From Octopus vulgaris (taxonomy: Eukaryota): a DNA stretch of 64,000 bases. Below, piece after piece: positions 57,332 to 64,000 of this stretch. Made by a program: the position numbers and the translations under genes. Each line of letters starts with the position of its first letter. The first letter of the stretch is position 1. The notes under the pieces are model-generated. The model saw nothing but the letters and a program-made list of their open reading frames with translations, was not told where the DNA came from and searched no databases. The stretch spans positions 79,856,001-79,920,000 of the forward strand of contig OX597824.1 in assembly GCA_951406725.2 (NCBI GenBank). Direction: 5' to 3'.

Positions 57332-57460
57332 GTTATTACCTTATTTTGCCTAACTTCGATCAATAACTTCGAAATATATACATATAATGCATGTAATTCG
57401 GGCAAATACATATTTATTTATGCATGCATGTATGTATATATATGTGTGAATATATATATG

Positions 57461-57501
<41 letters not shown>

Positions 57502-57786
57502 GCACACACGCATATATATATACATATATATGCATATTGCTTATTACACACACACACACCACACACGCACACACTCATTCGTACTCACACTCGCACATAT
57601 ATACATGTACATAAGTATACGCATACACGTATATACACATACATATATATATATATATATGAATACATACATATACATGCATACATACGTGCATACACAC
57701 ATACATACATATATGTATATATATGTATATAAATATACATGCACAGACACGCATAAATGTGTATGTGTGAGCGTGTGTTATATGCA

Positions 57787-57924
<138 letters not shown>

Positions 57925-58330
57925 TATATATATATATATTTATATATACATACATATATATATATATCCTCAAGTGTCTGAAATACTAACGACGCATTTT
58001 TCTCTTCGCTTCCGTTTCCTTTTTTCTTTTTCCGACATTTTTTTTCCGCCATTCTTTATATTCTTTTCGTTTGTTTATTTCCAATCTTTAACATCTCTAG
58101 CAGTGGAAAATGTCGGTAAAAATGTTGCACTGCCGATGGTAAAACAGAGTTATAATAGATTGTAGAGTTAAGAAACAGCATGTGGTCTGTGAAATGCGTA
58201 TGAGTACGTATGTATAAGGTACATAGATATATATATATCTATATACGAATATACATGCACGTGCACAAAAATAGGGATAAACATACACATATATCATAAT
58301 GTCCATGTATGCGCTCATATGCGTAAATGT

Positions 58331-58397
<67 letters not shown>

Positions 58398-58421
58398 TAT
58401 ATGTATATATAAATATATATA

Positions 58422-58452
<31 letters not shown>

Positions 58453-59209
58453 GTAGATATATTTATATATATACATATGTATGTTTGTGTTTACGCGAGT
58501 ATGTATGCATATAATTCAGTCTATGTATGTATGTATGTATGTATGTATCTATCTATATATCTAGCAATCTATATATACAACATAATTTATTTATATATAT
58601 GCATGTGTTAGTATACATATACATATATATATAGGTTTATTTATGGAGTTTGTATGTGCGATTGTAAATGTTAGATTTTGTGTGTGTATGTGTATGTGTG
58701 CACGTGCGTGTATGTATGTGTCTGTGTGCGTGTGTGTGCACGTGTGCAGATGTGTGCGTGTATGTGCGCGTGTAACTAAGTCCGTATGAGTTTAAATGCA
58801 TTAGTCAGCACCATCAAGTATGAAAGTGCGAGTAGCGGTGGTGGCCGTGGTGGAGTTGTAGGTGGTGGGAGATGTGTATGAAATTACAAAAGGATGATAG
58901 GCACGTGATGATGTTATATCGAAACTTACCGGTGGTGGCGCTGGTAGTGATGTCGTCCGATTTAGCAGGGGTGGTGTTGGAGGTGGTGTTTGAGAGAGAT
59001 AGAAAGTAAGAGAGAGAGAGAGAGAGAGAAAGAGAGCGGTAGAGAGGGCAGGAGCGAGGGTGAAAAAAGAAGAGATGATGTCACGATGGCGATGTTGTGA
59101 ATTGTCATTGGTCTTTGTGATAGATGGAAAACCGCGGGATTGCAGATAGTCTGCATCTTCTGAGTACTTGTACGCCATCTTTTTAGTGCTTTTCTACAAT
59201 GATATATAC

Positions 59210-59254
<45 letters not shown>

Positions 59255-59294
59255 TATGCACACACATATATACATACATATATACATATATGTG

Positions 59295-59342
<48 letters not shown>

Positions 59343-59539
59343 ACACACGCATGAACACGTAGTATTTTCTGTTGTTATTTTTTAGGGTTGCATTTTTAAT
59401 ATATTTGCATTCACAAACCTGATTATCTTAAGAGTTGATGCCTGCAGGATAAATCCAATTCTATGTGTCCTTATTGATATAAGTCTTTCTGTGTATATAC
59501 ATATAATATACATCTACATATCTAAACACACACACACAC

Positions 59540-59578
<39 letters not shown>

Positions 59579-59598
59579 CGTACATACATATAGATATT

Positions 59599-59652
<54 letters not shown>

Positions 59653-60158
59653 AGTATGTATATACTTACGTATATATGTATGAATATATGTGTGTATAAA
59701 TGTATGTATATATGTATGTATGTATCTGTTGCTTTCTGCAGATGAGGTAGCACTGTTGGGCATAACAAACACATCATTTTCACGTGCATATTTCAATTTC
59801 TTTCAGCTAGATTTGGCTTGTGTGTGTTTTTTGTGGGTGGGGCGGGTGTGGCGGGGCTAGTGGATGGGTGAGTGGGCGGAATAAGCTATATATGTGTGTG
59901 TGCATACGTACATGCATGCATGCATGCATATAATACTTACGTGCACATACACACCAACATGTGAGGGAAGTGCAAAACTATATGAAACAATCCAGAGAAA
60001 GAACTCAATACAACGAAGTAGAGTAATGCATACATATACACACACACAAAATACATACACACATGCACACACATACATACATTCATACATACATACACTT
60101 ACATATAATGTATATATATATATGTAGACACACACATACGCACATACACATATATATA

Positions 60159-60229
<71 letters not shown>

Positions 60230-60475
60230 ATATATGCATATAAATATATATTTATTTATAAATGCATATCAATATAATGTATGGCTAAATATTTACTCAT
60301 GCTTATATGTATGTGTATGTTTGTGGGGGTGTGTGTTTGTGTGTGTGTATGTGTGTGTGTATGTGTGTGCGCGCGCGCAATCGTAAAACGAATAGAGATG
60401 ATATCAGTGTGAAAGAGAGCAAAAAGGCGCGAGCGAGCGAGATAGATCGACAGAAAGATAGGCAGAAAGACAGAC

Positions 60476-60551
<76 letters not shown>

Positions 60552-60829
60552 TGAGAGAGAGAGAATGATGACAGTTTGAGTGTGCTATAGCTCTGAATGG
60601 TAACACTCACAGATAGAATTAAAGAGTAAAAAACAAAAAAAAAAACAAACACATAAACAAAAGAATAAATTTGGCGGTTTAATTCAATATTCCACACAAC
60701 ATCACGTCTTGACAAATAAAACCTATTTCAGATTCGTTTACAACTAATCCGTTTATTTGAGATGGAAAGTTAAACTAAAAATATGTCCCGTGATGCTTAG
60801 CGATTGACTACGCTATACGCGCGCGCGTC

Positions 60830-60904
<75 letters not shown>

Positions 60905-61046
60905 TTGTCATTGTCCTTGTGTTTTGAGCATATTTGTTACGTTGTTTTAAAATTTTTATGTAAGCATGTATAAACACTTGCATGCGTCTCTCTCTCTCTC
61001 TGTCTCTCTGTCTCTCTGTCTCTCTCTGTCTCTCTCTCTCTCTCTG

Positions 61047-61123
<77 letters not shown>

Positions 61124-61307
61124 GTATAAATGTGTGTGTGTGTGTAAGAAGAAAAAGATTGACATAAGAAGAAAAACGATTGATAAATACGTAGAGAAAA
61201 TGGAGGATGATAGATAAATGAGAAGATGTAAGAATGGATGGACATAGTGAAATAGGTAAAAAGTAGCCGAGAGAGGAAAAGAAAGACGGCAAGAGAGTGA
61301 GGGAGAG

Positions 61308-61360
<53 letters not shown>

Positions 61361-61455
61361 GAGGCTGGAGAAAGAATTGTTTAATGGTTTGAGTATGAAT
61401 CGCCAAATGAATATTGATCAGAGGATATTCTAAAACAGTTTAATTGTATTGGGTG

Positions 61456-61764
61456 TTGTTTGTTGTTTGTTCCTTCTCAAGCCATGCCTGGCTCATAAGG
61501 GCCGGTTTCCCGGTTTCCTTGGCAAATAAGTTCCCCACCTGGACGGGATGCCGGTCCGTCGCAGGTGAGCTGCAAGATGCAGGAGGATAGAGTGAGAGAA
61601 AGTTGTAGCGAAAGAGTCAGCAGAAGTTCGTCATTACCTTCTGCCGGAGTCACGTTGAGCTTAGGTGTTTCGCTTATAAACAGGCACATCGCCCGGTCTG
61701 AGATTCTAATCCGTGATCCCTCGACCGCGAGTCCGCTGCTCTAACCACTAGGCCATGTGCCTCC
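61456..61764 (-). mobile_element. SINE with family C head and a different (V-domain-like) 3' half
   Basis: Head GGAGGCACATGGCCTAGTGGTTAGAGCAGCGGACTCGCGG; 3' half GCGACGGACCGGCATCCCGTCCAGG...; (AAC)-type tail. Confidence 0.85.
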
Positions 61765-61921
61765 GTTTATTTGAGATGGAAAGTTATGTACTGAATACAT
61801 AATAGTGGAGCTTACTTTTACTGTAGTCGATGGTATAATATTAATGCTTCCGTATCTAGGCTTTTCTGAAGGTAGATGTGTTTGTCCCACGCAAAGCCAT
61901 ATTTACCTCTGTGAAGAGATG

Positions 61922-62050
61922 GTCCCTATTTAGTGTACCCTCTATTCTTTGACCTGTCAAGCTTGGAAAGCCCTACCAGGATCTTGCTCTTGGCTGGCAA
62001 AGCCCTCAGGGTCATTGAGGTACACGGCCCAACATAGCGCACCACGAGGC
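61922..62050 (-). mobile_element. RTE-clade LINE 5' UTR-like fragment
   Basis: CTCAATGACCCTGAGGGCTTTGCCAGC..TCCTGGTAGGGC..ACAGGTCAAA resembles RTE (Expander/BovB-type) 5' ends, from recall. Confidence 0.5.
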
Positions 62051-62243
62051 TCGGGCAGGGGGTGGGTGGCGACCCCAGTTGTACTCTTTCGCTCCAACTT
62101 TCTCTCACTCTTTCTTCCTGTTTCTTGAATAACGCTGCGATGGACTGGCGTCTCGTCCAGCTGGGGGGAACACATACGCCATAGAAATCGGGAAACGGGG
62201 TCCATGAGCCTGGCTAGGCTTGAAAAGGGCGCATAAATAATAA
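62041..62243 (+). mobile_element. Headless SINE C body with V-domain-like tail
   Basis: CCACGAGGCTC..GTACTCTTTC..AACTTTCTCTCACTCT then GCGATGGACTGGCGTCTCGTCCAG. Confidence 0.75.
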
Positions 62244-62802
62244 AATGTGTGTGGTGAGTATACGTGAAGTTTTATATAAGCGCAGGAATGAAAAATCTCT
62301 TTATTGTCATTATGACGTCATAATAACGGTAACGTTTGTCAAGAGATTTGGTTTGAAGAAAATTTCACCTTCATTCAAACTTACGCCGTGACTAGATGCT
62401 AGGGAATGTGTGTCCAGGAGACTAACCAAAACACCTAAAGACTAATGCGCAGTCAATGCCAAGTCCACTTGGTTTTTAGTGTCTGTAGGAAAGATTTACG
62501 CATTTTTGAGTTCCTAAACACCCTCTGCAACATATCTGTTGGTGCCATGATATTGTTACAAGGTGTACGGTAGGTTTCTTGCTGGGCCGCGTAAGCTTTC
62601 ACGTTCTGTATTGGAGCCCTGGGTCTTCCAATCAGCAACATATATATATCATACTTGATACATTCACACAAAATATTTTACTTTTCACAATTGCGTGAAT
62701 GTAATGAGAATGTAGCATTAAATAACAACAAAAAAGGATGAATATACGAAACAATGGTTGCTCAACACAGCGATACGTATGTCAACTGAATATGACTATA
62801 AA

Positions 62803-63124
62803 AGGAAACCCGTCGGTCCTGAATGACCATGGGATTGCACCTAGAAAGTTACTCTCCGAGGCATAAGTTCGAACAAGGTTGTTTATGGAAGACCAGCAAT
62901 CGCTCCGCCTTTCCATCCCACCGATGTTATCCAAGGGAAAGGCGAAGGGGCCGATACAGCTTGGCACCAGTGACGTCACAACTCATTTCTACAGCTGAGT
63001 GAACTGGAGCAACGTGAAATAAAATGTCTTGCTCAAGAACACAACACATAGCCCGGTCCGGAATTCGAACTCACAACCTCATGATTGTGAGCCCGACGCT
63101 CTAACCACTGAGCTATGCACCTTC
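62803..63124 (-). mobile_element. SINE family D, full length
   Basis: Matches 27492-27829; 13-bp TSD ATATGACTATAAA (62790-62802, 63125-63137). Confidence 0.9.
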
Positions 63125-63150
63125 ATATGACTATAAACATGGTGAATATT

Positions 63151-63364
63151 AAGGCGTTGAGCTGGCAGAATCGTTAGCACGTCGGGCAAAATACTTAGCA
63201 GTATTTCGTCAGTCATTACATTTTAAGTTCGAATTCCGCCGAGGTCGACTTTGCCTTTCATCCTTTCGGGGTTGATAAATTAAGTACCAGTTGCGTACTG
63301 GGGTCGATCTAATCGACTGGCTCCCTCCCCCAAAATTTAGGGCCTTGTGCCTAGTGTAGAAAAT
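63151..63364 (+). mobile_element. SINE family B, full length
   Basis: 19-bp TSD with 2 mismatches, TATAAACATGGTGAATATT (63132-63150) / TATAAACACGGTGAGTATT (63365-63383). Confidence 0.9.
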
Positions 63365-63672
63365 TATAAACACGGTGAGTATTTTGATAACACAGTTTTG
63401 TTATTTCTGTAATACAATTAAATAGTTTCTTCATTATTTGTTTAGTCAACTTCTTATATTACCATAATTGCACACCTAAGACCACAGAAGACTTTCGTTA
63501 CGAGTTTTTATGTGTCTCGCCCCATGTCAATGAAAGTGTATGTTTTGTGTGTAGCTGTCGATGTCCTCTCTGTTTGATCTCTTACCCAGTCAATGTTTTT
63601 CTGAAATTCCCCTCTCTCTCTCTATCTCTATCTCCCTCTCTCTCCCCCTCTCCCTCTTCATATATATATATA

Positions 63673-63738
63673 TAATCACACTGAGGAGAATAATAGATAC
63701 ATATAATTTACTTTAAATTCGAAACGCGTCTGTGATTA
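63673..63738 (+). ncRNA. Type I hammerhead ribozyme with intact core
   Basis: Stem I TAATCACA/TGTGATTA (8 bp), CTGAGGA, stem II GAAT/ATTC with 25-nt loop, GAAA, palindromic stem III ACGCGT, cleavage triplet GUC (cut after 63730). Confidence 0.85.
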
Positions 63739-63893
63739 ACCGAAGTCGTGTGAATTCATCATCTTTTATTACCTACATAAAAGAGTGTGTTGTCTCGAAA
63801 AGACATTAGCGTCTATTTCTAATTCAGTATATGTCGAGGCACTTAGCTGACCCCTGATTATAACAATGTATATAAGTATATAGTTATAGAATG

Positions 63894-63932
<39 letters not shown>

Positions 63933-64000
63933 TCATTTGTCGAGGCGAAAGAATAAAAAATTTGCCTTACTGTCATTATGACATTATGACGTCATAATGT

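Overview
Eukaryotic, AT-rich, very microsatellite-dense DNA with no host gene that I can recognise, most likely intronic or intergenic. The tRNA-derived SINE families and repeat landscape suggest an octopus or other coleoid cephalopod genome (inference). Nearly all ORFs in the track are microsatellite artefacts. The real coding remnants are all transposon-derived: a 5'-truncated R4/Dong-clade LINE (RT, CCHC, restriction-like endonuclease) inserted in (TAA)n plus several related 3' ends, two Tx1-like fragments, a decayed Penelope-like element (RT + GIY-YIG), two mariners and a deleted hAT inside a 41-bp minisatellite. Four SINE families (labelled A-D here) occur in many copies, several with clear target-site duplications (TSDs). 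The most interesting signal is a dispersed set of about 7 minimal type I hammerhead-ribozyme motifs, plus half-motifs. The best is 63673-63738, with an intact core and a GUC site. They sit in short non-coding Penelope-LTR-like or retrozyme-like elements and in long loop-less palindromes. All coordinates were read by eye and no database search was run.
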